The position numbers and the translations under genes were made by a program. A DNA stretch of 64,000 nt. Origin: Phaeosaccion multiseriatum (Eukaryota; Protista; Ochrophyta, other classes). The DNA is taken from the NCBI GenBank assembly GCA_965112735.1, contig OZ218950.1, positions 5,642,001-5,706,000 on the forward strand, given 5' to 3'. The notes below the pieces were generated by a model. The model was given only the letters and a program-made list of their open reading frames with translations, was not told the origin of the DNA and ran no database searches. Positions 11,340 through 24,097 of the stretch are shown in pieces; the first letter of the stretch is position 1, and the number at the start of each line of letters is the position of its first letter.

Positions 11340-11715
11340 GCCAGTAGGTACAGTGGGGGGGGGGGGGGGGGGGTTCATTGCCGAACCACAGGGGTAGCAA
11401 GAGGGGGGCCTGGCGCATCCCTAACCATCCTCAGTACCTCCGCTTCGCTGTAGTTACATTGGGTGAAGCGAGTTTGCAATGTATGGTTGCAATATCGCAT
11501 CGCAGGGGCGGCGGGAAGGTAGTAAGGGGCGGGGACGACTTCAAATTAAATGCTTTGTTATTTTTTTAAGGGGCGAGGGACTACTGGTAGCACCGAGCGC
11601 GAGCCAAGCGGGGGGGAGGGGGCGGGTGCAATTAATTAAAAAAAAAAAAGGAATGTACATTACATAGACCAGTAGCTACGCTTTCGGGGGGGGGGGGGGA
11701 GCTCATCTGGACTCG

Positions 11716-12911
11716 TCATCTCGACTCATTACCGAAGCTCGTAAACGTGTTGGTCGGCGGGTCTGGCACATCGAGTTTCATCCTCAGTACCTCCGCTTCC
11801 CTCTGCACGTGGCCATCCAGCGCCTCTGTGAATTGCCTCCTCCGATACTCTGCCTTGGTGGCATGGCGCTGCTTCTCGGCCCTTTGCGCTGCGAGCATTT
11901 GCATCTTGCGGTGGCCGCTCGTCTTCTCCAGATCCAGCAGCGCCTTCAGTCGCCGCTCCTCCTCGAGAATGGCCCTCTTCTCTCGCCGCAGGGCTTCCAA
12001 GTCACTCTCTTCTGTCAGTGCCTGCAGGACGGGAGAGACGCAATACGCAAGAGAGAGCGAAAACGGGGGGGGGGGGGGCTGTTGCTGAGAAACAGGGAAT
12101 GAAGGGAGTCGAAAACACAACAAACACATTCACATCCTTCTCCCATTTTCCAGGCGGCAAGTAGCCCACACCCAACAAAAGGCCCGCCTTCACGCCCCAT
12201 CCCCCAGAGCTTACAGACCCGCGCACCTGCAACAAAATGTCGTTCTTTGCATTTTCTCTGCGTCTCTCCGCGGCCTTTGCTCTCCTCCAGTCCTCCTTGA
12301 GCCGGACCTTATTGTCCTCGTCGGTGCGCTCGTTCTCCGCCAGCAGGTCCACTCCAAAGGGCGATGCCCTCGTTCGCTGCTTCCACTCCATTGTCTTCTT
12401 CTGCTTGTTCGAAAGGATCTTCCGTCTGCGTGTAGTGGCGGTATACATACATGTTTGGGGAGGAAGTAGAGTGAGTACCGCACTCCAAACCCCTTCCTTT
12501 GAGTGAGTGTTTTCCCTACACGCTCAGATAGAGAAGCATCTTATTAATGACACGTGTACAGTACGGTACGCAAGTCCCCCACCCTCGAGGGCTTGTAGCT
12601 GGGCAGAAGAGACAAAGGATGCGGGAGTGTGTGGGAGACAGACCACATGTATACATGAGATGAGCCCAGCATCTCTATTCGTAGGAAAGATCTAGGAGGA
12701 GCTGCACCAACCTTGATTCGGCCTGCCCCTTCAGCATGTCTTGCTTGACCTTATCTCTTTGGATAAACTTCCTGCTCATGATCTGAGCGCTTTCCACCCT
12801 CGCCATGGCTCTTCTATCAAAATGGCCGTGGTCGGGCGGCTGAAGGTCCTCCACGCTGAGACCCATGTTGTTGAGCTCATACTCTAGCGTCTCCAGGACG
12901 TTGTCCCCCAT
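11716..12911 (-). CDS. Hypothetical coiled-coil protein (exons 12911-12712, 12425-12227, 12021-11716)
   Basis: Three exons join in frame through GT-AG introns: ...KGQAESR|RKILSNKQKKTMEWKQRTRASPFGVDLLAENER...DILLQ|ALTEESDLEALRREKRAILEEERRLKALLDLEK...; charged helical composition. Confidence 0.8.
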
Positions 12912-13279
12912 GGAAGCCTAGAATGGGTTCCACACGGCGGGCGAAGCCCCGACTTGGCCCAGAGGGCTGCAGCCAAGGAGTGGGAGTTTGGTCCCTCCAC
13001 CTCGGCTCCCCCCCTTCCCTCCCCAGCCTGTCCTTTCTTTTCCTTCCTCCAGATCCTCTCAAGTGCCTATATCCCTTCCCTCTGCTCCTTATCACCTACT
13101 GTATAGTGGTATGTAATGGCGTGAGAAGGGGGAGAAGAAGAAAAACAGTTTCGCAGTTTTCGTTTCGTTTTCACCGCCGCCGGAGAAGCTTTCCATCTCA
13201 CTGTGAAACGGATAACTAAATACCTGAAATAGAGAAGAAAGAGGGGACCTAAAGAGAGAACAGCTCGCAGATCACAGTC

Positions 13280-16200
13280 ATGGCGCCCTCCTCGAAGGCG
13301 GCGGCAGTGGCTGTAGAGGAGGTCATGGAGAGGCTACGGAAGGAGCTGCAGAGAGCGTCCGACCCGCTCATCCTGGCGCGCTTCGCCCACTTATGCCGCC
13401 TGAAGACCGCCAACACGGAGAAGATGTCCGACCGCGACATCGTCGAAGCGTTAGAGCAAGGTGAGAGGAAGGAGTGGTGAATGCAACTTCTCTATTGTTT
13501 GTTTACTTCTCACACGCCTCTCTCTCCCTCCCCCTCTCCTACAGCGAACATGCCGCTCACGAGGCATGACGCCGAGTTCCTGGCGATTCGCATCGCATCC
13601 TACAAGGACTTCGTGTGGTCTCTCATGTAGGGCACGGCTGATGCTTCCACAGGGCCCCGACCCCACCCCCTCTCACCCTCTTTCGATATGCATGATCCAT
13701 TCTGCTGCTCCTCCCCTCAGGGGCAAGCCCTCACCACAGAGGAGGGCGTTGAACCTTGCTGTGTTCGATATGATCGATCTAAACTCGGACGGAGTCTTGC
13801 AGGCGGATGAGATTTCTACTTGCTTCAACGCGTCCGCGCACCCAGAAGTGCGACAGCGCCGGATGAGCGCGGGGGGGCTGAACCGGGAGGTGATGAGTTT
13901 CTTGACTTCGTTTGTGGAGAAGGAAGCCAAGGCGACCCAACACCTCACCTCAGAAGACTTCTTGGAGTGGCACAGGTAACCAACTAACTTCCCGAGGCCC
14001 TGTGTACGGGAGGGGGGGGGAGGGAGGGGGTTGACTTACCTCCTCCAAAGACCCCGCCTGCCTGCTTCTCCGCTGGACTGCTTCAGCCACCCTCAATCCT
14101 TGCGTCCCTCCCTCTCCTCCTCGACCACTTCTTTGTCGGCAGCATGCTCACTGCGTTCGTCAGCGATAACTATTTCAGAGACCTCATGGCGACAGTATGG
14201 CGCCCCCCCCGGGACGGCGAAGGCTTCGAGACCGCTCGCGACCGCCAGCACAACAACAACAAGGGCATTGTTGGAGTCTGTCTTCGCTTCCGCCGCCAGC
14301 TGGCCAGCAGAGGCGTGCGAGGCGTGGTAAGAGCAACACGACTCCTCAAGTGTATCACTGAGGCTACGGATGCTGAGCTGAGTCTGCACGTGGTGGTTTT
14401 CTTTCTCTTCTTCTGCCCCCCCTTGTTTCCTCTCTCAACTCTTTTTTTTTAATCCATCGATTGATACACACTTGATAACCACCTCCCTCCAGGCTGACCT
14501 GCGCAGAAGGATGCGAGCGGGTGCGGTGCGCGTGTGGGGTGTCGAGGTGCCATCGAGCGGGAGAGAGGAGCCCGGCGTGATACCCAAGGACGTGTTTTGC
14601 GATGTCCTTGGCGAGATGCAGCTTGAGGTGGGCTGGGTTGGGTTGGTTTGGTTTAGTTTCAGCGCTGACCTACCTACGTTCCGTCTATGCGTTTTTCGAG
14701 CAGAGGAAGAAATGAGTGCAGCCCTTGACTGACTGGCTGACTGACCGACGGACTGACTGATTGACCGACTGACTGACTGACTGACTGACTGCCTGACTGA
14801 CTGACTGACTGACCGACGGACTGACTGATTGACCGACTGACTGACTGACTGACTGACTGTCTGATCGACCAACCGACCGATTGGCTCTCCTCTCCTCTCC
14901 TCTCCTCTCCTCTCCCCTCCTCTCCTCTCCTCTCCTCTCCTCTCCTCTCCTCTCCCCTCCTCTCCCCTCCTCTCCTCTCCTCTCCTCCCCTCTCCCCTCC
15001 TCTCCCCTCCTCTCCTCTCCTCTCCTCTCCTCTCCTCTCCCCCCCCCCCCCCCGCAGCCCAACACGCAAGACATGAACTCTATCGCCAGTGCCTTTGACG
15101 TGGATGGATCGGGCAAATTCATCAATGTCGCGGCCTTCATCGCCTCTGTCAAGGGAGTCCTCAGCCGAGAACGTTCCCGCACCATTCGGCGGTGCTTTCG
15201 CCACTTGGCAGGAAGGAGACGAGGGGGTAGGAGTGGTGAGGACGATGATCAGGGGGAGGAGGAGGACGACGACGACGACGATGAGGAGGAGGAGGAGGAG
15301 GAGGAGGAGGGAGGAGCGGAGAGGCCGTCGATAGACCCTACCCACATGTGCACTTCCTACAAGGCGAGTCAGCACCCAGACGTGCTGCGAGGGGACATGA
15401 GTGAGGAAGATGCCATGCGATTGCTAGTGGACACGTTCGAGCTGGAGGGACAGCGAGTCACCTGGGCAGACTTTGAGCGTTACTTTGAGGACATGAGTCT
15501 CACGGTGGAGGACGACGAGGCCTTCACGGCGCTTATGGAGAGCGTGTGGGGACTGCCTAGTGCTCGTGCTGCTCGCAGCGGAGGCGTGGCTTTGGCCCAT
15601 TCTTCGGCTCGGGCAGCAACAGCAGCAGCAGCAGGAGCAGCAGGAGGAGGAGGAGCAGGAGGAGCAGGAGGAGGAGGAGGAGGAGGAGGGGGATTGGGGG
15701 CAGCAGGCCTTCTTCTTCCGCAACCCCCCAACTCGGTGTCCTTCGCCTCTGCAACAGCCGGGTATGGGCATGCAGCTGGGAGCCAAGCGGGCAACCCCTC
15801 GGCATCATCAGCAGCAGTTGGTGATACAGCAGCAGCAGCAGTTGGTGATACAGCAACAGGCTACACGGCGCGAAGGCCGCTTGTTAGGGCCGCAGGAGTG
15901 GCCAGTGCCCCGCCGTCGGAGTCGCCGTCGGAGGTAAGACAGAAGGGGGCGAAGGAAGCGCGAGACCAGAGGGGCAAGACGAGAGGGGCGAAAGGGGTTT
16001 CGGAAGGGAGAGAGAGAGAGAGAGTCTCGGGTATGACTCGGTATGTGACTCTTCGGTATGACTCTTCACGACATGAAAGAGGCTCTGGGTAGAGTAGCGC
16101 ATCGTATCGAATCGGATGGATGGATGGATGGATGGCCATGGAATGGCATGAATGTGTCATACATGCACGCGTGGTTCGGTCGGTCCTTGCAGATGCACAA

Positions 16201-17050
16201 CACCCAAACCACACCACACCCCGTTGAGTTGAAACGTCGGTCCGAAGTCGTAACGTCGCAACCTCCTTTGTGGGCAAACGCTGATTTACGTGCCTCTCTC
16301 TGCCTTCTCTTGCTCTGCAAACGCTTCTATGCCTCTCTCTCCCCCTCTCTCCTTTTATGCCTATCTCTCCCTCTCTCTCCCCCTCTCCCCCCCTCTCTCC
16401 TTCTATGCCTCTCTCTCCCCCTCTCTCCTTCTATGCCTATCTCTCTCCCCCTCTCCCCCTCTCTCCCCCTTCTCTCTCTCTCCCTCTCTCTCTCTCTCTC
16501 TGTGCTTTGTGCTCCCTTGTCTCGGGATCGGTGGTCGGTCTGTTGACGCAGCAGCAGCAGCAGCAGCAGCAGCACTCACGTCAGCAGGGGACTCAGCAGG
16601 GACCGCTGGCGGCGACCGACTACCGCCGACAAGGAAAGCTCTACTCCAAGAACACAAGAGTGGGAGGCGGGTCGGAACCCACCGGAGGGGATTCGGGCGC
16701 CATGAACTTCGGCCTCCAAGCTGTCATTGCAAGCATCAAATCAGAGCTTGCCTGCAGGGGGGTGTGGGGGGTGGCGGGTCTGGGCAGGTGCTTTCGAGAG
16801 GTGGCGGCGGCCGAGAGAGCGAGCGGAGAGGGCAGCGGTGGGGGTGGTAATAATAATAGTGGTGGTGGTGATGGTGGTCTGTCGCTGCGTGGTCTGAAGA
16901 AAGCCTTCCGTGACATGCGCATGGCCTTTGCGCACGGAGATAGCGAGCTCAGACAGCTGTTCGCCTTCTTCGACACCGACAATAAGGGCTACATCGACCC
17001 CAGCGCCTTCCTCAGGAGCCTGCAGGACCCCCTCTCGGACTGGCGGAGGC

Positions 17051-17147
<97 letters not shown>

Positions 17148-19488
17148 TGGGTGGGTGGGTGCGTGGGTGGGTGCGTGGGTGCGTGCGTGCGTACATATGC
17201 CTCTTTTCTCTTGTTTCATCTCATCATCTCGCCATCCTCCTCCCCCCCTACCCCACTTCTCCTCCTCCTCCTCCTCCTCCTCCTCCTCCTCCTCGTCGTC
17301 GTCGTCATCCCCCCCTCTCAGCTGGTGACTCTCGCCTTCCAACAACTGTGCCACAACGGCCTCGACGCCGCCCACCCCGCTGACGTGGCCAGTCAATTCG
17401 ACGCCGCCAACCACCCTGACGTCAGGGCCGGAAGAGTATCCGCCCAGGAGGCGTACGACGAGTTTGCGAGCAACTTGTATGTGGAGGGCAACGTCTCTCT
17501 GGAGGACTTTAGCAACTATTACGCCGCGCTGTCCGCTGCCATCCCCTCGGATGAGCACTTTGAGGCCATACTTGCGGGCGTGTGGCACGTGTCCATTCCC
17601 AGCAAGGTAAGGAGGGTATGTGTGTGTGTGTGCGTGCGTGTGTGCATGTGTGTGTGGGTGTGTGTTTCTCTGTGTGTGTGTGCGTGTGTGTGTGTGCGTG
17701 CGTGTGTGTGTGTGGGTGTGTGTTTCGCTGTGTGTGTGCATGTTTGTGCGTGTGTGTGTGTCTCTGTGTGTGTGCGTGTGTGTGCGTGTGTGTATGCATG
17801 TGTGTGCTGCGTGTGTGTGTGTGTGCTGTGGGTGGTCGAGAGCGGTCTTGTTGCTAAAGAAAAGAAAAGGGCAGTGAGAGCGTCCGTCAAACCGAACCCG
17901 GTCCTCCTCTGCACCCCCTTTGCTTTAGACCGCACTCTCATCTCCGTTCGGCGTCCTGACACTGCCCACTTTCCACCACGCCCCATCCCCCCCCTCCAAC
18001 CCAGACACCCAAGCAAGCAGAGTCTTTTAGAGTCTCACTCCCCTCCCCCCCCTCCCCCCCCCAAACCCCCTCCCACCCGCCCACCCCCTCCTGTAGGGAG
18101 TCTCCTCCGCCCCTTCTCTACCCTTGCCGGACCAAGCCATCTCCGGCGGCGGCGGCACGTGTGTGTCACTAATAGATGCCCTCTCCGGGCCCGGGGCGGC
18201 CCAGGGAGGGGAACAAGAGGGGGAGGAGGGGGCGGAGGGGGAGGCCTTGCGGCAACCCACCCTGCTTGAGATGCGCATCGCGAGGGAAGGTGAGAGTGGC
18301 TCGGCACGGTATTATCTCTCTCTCTCTATCTCTTTCTCTATCTCCCTCTCGTTCTCTCCCTATCCATCTTTCATCTCCCTCTCTCCCTCTCCCCCCCCCC
18401 CCCCTCCCTCTCTCTCTTGTGGCTCTCTGGCTTTCTAGCTATCCTGAACCTGCCCCCCCCCCACCCCCCCCCCACCTCCCTCCTCCCCCAAAGGGCCCGG
18501 CGACGGCTCTGCTGCAGGCCATTCTCTGGACCTCTCCACCCTCTACCCCGCTCCCCAGCACTACCGACGCGACGGAGCGAGCAGGATGGAAGGCCTCGTG
18601 CTCAAACCCGACGCGGGCTTGCTCAGTCTCATTCGACGCGTGAGGGAGGAGCTCACTGCGAGAGGGGTCAGGGGTTTCTCCACCCTAGGGAGGAAGCTTC
18701 GAGTGGCTGCTTTGCAAGGGCAAGGGCGAGGGCAGGGAGAGCAGTGGGGTCGGACAGCAACCACCACCACCACCACCACCACCACCACTACCACCACCGG
18801 TCCAAATAGCGCCCCTGCTACCCCCCCTGGGCTCAAGCTTCCGGGCTTCAAACAGACCCTGAGGGAGATGGGGCTGAGTCTGTCGGAGAGGGAGATGGAG
18901 CTGCTGTATCAGCATGTCGAGCTGTGTGGGGCGGTAGGCAAGGACGAGGAGGACGTGCTACGGGCGTTCAGAGAGCCTCTGTCGGGCAGCAGGCTGCGTC
19001 TCGTCAAGCTTGCGTTTGAGGCTATCGCCAAGGACGGGAGCAGCTACCTCCCCCCAGGTGGGTGGGTGTACACAAACATTATGTAGATGTATGTATATGC
19101 ATACGTATGAGGCACGCACTGCTTGACTTTTTGCTGGACTTTTTGACTTTGCTTGACTTTGCTTGACTTTGCTTGACTTTGCTTGACTTTGCTTGACTTT
19201 GCTTGACTTTGCTTGACTTTGCTTGACTTTGCTTGACTTTGCTTGACTTTGCTTGACTTTGCGTTTGTTTTGCTCTGCTTGCTTGCGGGCCATGGTACCT
19301 ACCTGCTGTTTATTCATCACTTATCATTAAATTAACATATCATTGACGAGACTCCCCTTTGCCCCCCACCAGACGCGGTGGCCTCACACTTCTGCGCCTC
19401 TCTGCACCCCTGTGTCATCTCCGGGGCACGATCTCAACAAGAGGTGCGTTGGCAGTCAGTCAGTCAGTCAGTCAGTCAGTCAGTCAGT

Positions 19489-19519
<31 letters not shown>

Positions 19520-19580
19520 TCAGTCAGTCAGTCAGTCAGTCAGTCAGTCAGTCAGTCAGTCAGTCAGTCAGTCAGTCAGT

Positions 19581-19611
<31 letters not shown>

Positions 19612-21365
19612 TCAGTCAGTCAGTCAGTCAGTCAGTCAGTCAGTCAGTCAGTCAGTCAGTCAGTCAGGCAGTCAGGCAGTCAGGCAGTCAGTCAGGCAGG
19701 CAGGCAGGCAGGCAGGCAGTCAGTCAGTCAGTCAGTCAGTCAGTCAGTCAGTCAGTCAGTCAGTCAGTCAGTCAGTCAGTCAGTCAGTCAGTCAGTCAGT
19801 CAGGCAGTCAGTCAGTCAGTCAGTCAGTCAGTCAGTCAGTCAGTCAGGCAGTCTGCCAGTCAGTCAGTCAGTCAATCAGTCAGTCAGTCAGTCAGTCAGG
19901 CAGTCAGTCAGTCAGTCAGTCAGTCAGTCAGTCAGTCAGTCAGTCAGTCAGTCAGTCAGTTAGTCAGTCAGTCAGGCAGTCAGTCAGTCAGGCAGTCAGG
20001 CAGTCAGTCAGTCAGTCAGTCAGGCAGTCAGTCAGTCAGTCAGTCAGTCAGTCAGTCAGTCAGTCAGTCAGTCAGGCAGTCAGTCAGTCAGTCAGTCAGT
20101 CAGTCAGTCAGGCAGTCAGTCAGGCAGTCAGTCAGTCAGTCAGTCAGTCAGGCAGTCAGTCAGGCAGTCAGTCAGTCAGTCAGGCAGTCAAACTCTCTCT
20201 CAGTCATTACTAACGTATGTACACAATGACGTACTGACTTACTGGGATTCTTTCATGACGTACTGACTTACTGGGATTCTATCGTTCTCGTAACTTGTGT
20301 GCAACAGGTGCGCCAGGAGCTGCTGGAGAGCTTCAACGTGTCCACGGGGAAGAGCCTCACACGAAAGGACTTTGTGCGATATTACACTAACGTATCCAGC
20401 ACCATTGCAAACGTGAGCAAGTGGGAAGGGGGGCAGTGGGAAGGGAGGGAGGGAGAGAGGGAGGCAGTGGGAAGGGAGGGAGGGAGGAAGGAAGGGAGGG
20501 AGAGAGGGAGGGAGTGGTGAAGGGACGGAGGGAGGGAGGGAGGGAGGGAGGGAGGGAGGGAGGGACGGAGGGAGGGAGGGGAGGGGGGGAGGGAGTGGTG
20601 AAGGGACGGACGGAGGGAGGGAGGGAGGGGTCAAGGGAGGGAAGGAAGGAGGGAGGGAGGGAGGGCTGCCCATCAGCGCAGGGAGAAGCTCTCTCTCTTC
20701 TCTCTCTTCTCTCTCTTCGCTCTCTTCTACCTTCTTTCTCTTCTCTCTCATCTCCTCTTTTCTCTCTTCTTATCTTCTTCTCTCTTCTTCTCTCTTCTGT
20801 CTCTCTCTAACCGCTATGACTCTATCTGAAGTCTCCTGAGTCGAGCCAGTAGAAACTCTCGATGCTCTGCGGTCCGTCCCAACAACCCACCCCCTCCATC
20901 CACTCACCCCCCCCCCCCCCCCTCCCCCCTCCTGCGTCCCTCTCTCCTCCCCACCAGGACGAATTCTTTGACTTAGTGGTGTGTAACAGTTGGGGAGTGC
21001 CCCACCGGGAGAGCATGTTCCTCACTGCCGCCGCCAACAGGGCAAAGGAAGCCTCCACACCGGGGGGAGGACCGGTGGGACGACTTATTAAGGTGAGAGG
21101 AAAGTGTCGATTTTCGAGTCGATATTGGTCAAGGTCTAATGAAATGAATTGAATGGCGAGAGGAACGGAGAGGAGAGGAGACTTGTTGCGCATGCGTGTG
21201 TGTACGTGTGTGCGTGTGTGTACGTGTGTACGTGTGCGCGTGTGTGCGTACGTGCGTGCGTGTGTGCGTGTGCGTGTGAGTGTGTGCACGTGTGTGCGTG
21301 TGTACGTGTGTGCGTGTGCATGTGTGCACGTGTGTGCGTGTGTGTGCGTGTGCGTGTATGTGTGT

Positions 21366-21413
<48 letters not shown>

Positions 21414-21601
21414 GTGCACGTGTGTGCGTGTGTACGTGTGTGCGTGTGCGTGTGTGTGCGTGTGTGTGTGTGCGTGTGTGTGTGTGTGTGCGTGTGTGCA
21501 CGTGTGTGCGTGTGTACGTGTGTGCGTGTGCGTGTGTGCACGTGCGTGCGTGTGTGTGCGTGTGTGCGTGTGTGCGTGTGTGCGTGTGCGTGTATGTGTG
21601 T

Positions 21602-21639
<38 letters not shown>

Positions 21640-24066
21640 GTGTGCGTGTGTGCGTGTGTACGTGTGTGCGTGTGCGTGTGTGCACGTGTGTGCGTGTGTG
21701 TGCGTGTGTGTGTGTGCGTGTGTGTGCGTGTGTGCGTGTGTACGTGTGTGCGTGTGCGTGTGTGCACGTGTGTGCGTGTGTGTGCGTGTGTGCGTGTGTG
21801 CGTGTGTGCGTGTGTGTGTGTGTGCACGTGCACGTCGATTGTCGATTGGCAAGCATCGCTCGGGAGGCAAAGCAAAGCACCCTGTCAAATGCCTCCCTTA
21901 CTCCCTCCCTCCCTCCCTCCCTCCCTCCCTCCCTCCCTCCCTCCCTCCCTCCCTCCCTCCCTCCCTCCCTTTCTTACCCATTTCCTCTCAAGGTGCTGGT
22001 GACCCTCCCCGACGGCCGCAAAATCATCGAGGAAGTAACCGACAGCGACCCCGCTGCGGCCACAAGAAAGAGCCAACAACAACAACAACAACAACAACAA
22101 CAGCAGCAGCCCAGTAGCAGCAGCCACAGGAGCACCAACAGAAGCAGTGTGGTGGACGAGAGGGGGGCAGGTGCAGACAGTCGGGAGCAAGTGTTGATGA
22201 GCCTCGTGCTGGAGCAGTTGGGTATTGTGGCGGCAAGCGTGGCGGAGACGCCGGACGAGGGAGGGCATTCTGCTTTAGGTACGTGTGGATGGGTGGGTGG
22301 AGGGGAGGGGGGGGAGGGAGGGACGGGAGAAGGGGGTGGGTGGAGGGGAGGGACGGAGGAAGTACTTCGAAGTAGGTGAAAGGAGGGACGGAATAAGGGG
22401 TTGGGTTGGTGGGTGGAGGGAGGGAGGGAGTGAGGGGGTGGAGGGCTGCAGGGAGGGACGGGAGGGAGGGAGGGACGAACGGGAGGGATGGGGGGGGGGA
22501 GGGAGGGACGGGAGGGGCTCCGCTTGTGGTAGGGGAGCGTGAAGGGATGGCAGTGGATGGGGAGGTCAAGATGCGTGGCGCAGGATTGATTTATTGATTG
22601 ATTGATTGCTTGATTGATTGATTGCCCTCTGTCCTACTGTTGCCCACCTTATCGCCCCTCCCTCCCTCCCTCCCTCCCTCCCCCTCGTCTGTCTTCTGCC
22701 CCAAAAGTGCTGAAAGGCGGTACTTCCGAGGGCATGCGGAGGCGTCATTACATCCTCAAGGCTCCCTCCGCCTCCCCGGGGGTGTTGCCCGGCACCGGCC
22801 TGGGGGAGGGAGGGAGGCGAAGGCTGTCTCAGAAACCCCTCAAGAGCAACAGTGAGGGCCCACCCTACCACCAGACCATGGTGAGTGGGAGGCACCCCTC
22901 CCCTCTCCGATGTACTCCTCGTCTCTCTCCCCTCCCCCCTCTCTCCTCTCCCCTTTTCCCTGTGCCCTCTGCCCTCCACCCTCTGCCCGGCTTCGTTTCA
23001 TCCTGTCTCCCGTCTGAGTCTGACTGATGGACTTTGTTGCGGACTAACTGACTGACTCGCTCCCTCCCTCCCCTCCCTCCCGCCTCCCTCCCTCCCTCCC
23101 TCCCTCCTTCCCTCCCTCCCCTCCCTCCCCTCCCCTCCGCTCCCCTCCCTCTCGCCTCCCTCCCTCCCTCCCTCCCTCCCTCCCTCCCTCCCTCCCTCCC
23201 TCCCTCCCTCTCTCTCTCTCCCTCCCTCCCTCCCTCCCTCCCTCTCTCCCTCCCTCTCTCCCTCCCTCCCTCCCTCCCTCCCTCCCTCCCTCCCTCCCTC
23301 CCTCCCTCCCTCCCTCCCTCCCTCCCTCCCTCCCTCCCTCCCTCTCTCTCTCTCCCTCCCTCCCTCCCTCCCTCCCTCTCTCCCTCCCTCTCTCCCTCCC
23401 TCCCTCCCTCCCTCCCTCCCTCCCTCCCTCCCTCCCTCCCTCCCTCCCTCCCCCTCTCCCTCCCTTTCCTATCCCTCAGGAGTCCATGTCCTATGGCCTG
23501 CAGGGCGTGGTGAAGAAGCTCCGCTCCGAGCTGTCTCTCCGCGGCCCCTCCGGTCTTGCCGGCCTTGCACATTCTCTGCAACGAGCAGACGGTGATGGTG
23601 ACGGCATGCTCTCTCTCAGAGAGTTCAAGGGCGTAGTGAGAGAGGCTGATGTGCCACTGACGGAAGGAGAGGTGAGGGAAAGAAAGAGGGGGAGAGAGGG
23701 GAGGGGGGGAGAAAGGGGGAGAGAGAGGGAGGGGGAGAGAGATGGAGAGAGAGAGAGAGGGAGAGAGAGAGAGAGGGAGAGAGAGAAAGAAAGAGAGAGA
23801 GAGAAGAGAGAGAGAGAAAGAGAGAAAGAGAGGGAGAGAGGGGGAGAGAGAGGGAGAGAGAGAGAGAGAGAGGGAGAGAGAGAGGGAGAGAGAGAGGGAG
23901 AGAGGGAGGGAAAGAGAGAGGGAGAGAGAGAGGGAGAGAGAGAGGGAGAGAGAGAGTGAGCGAGAGAGAGAGAGGGAGAGAGAGGGAGAGAGAGAGAGGG
24001 AGAGAGAGAGGGAGAGAGAGAGGGAGAGAGAGAGAGAGAGGGAGAGAGAGTGAGCGAGAGTGAGCG

Positions 24067-24097
<31 letters not shown>

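Noticed and set aside
19343-22379. Long ORFs of SQSV, CV and HT repeats
   Set aside because: Translations of stop-free intronic microsatellites.
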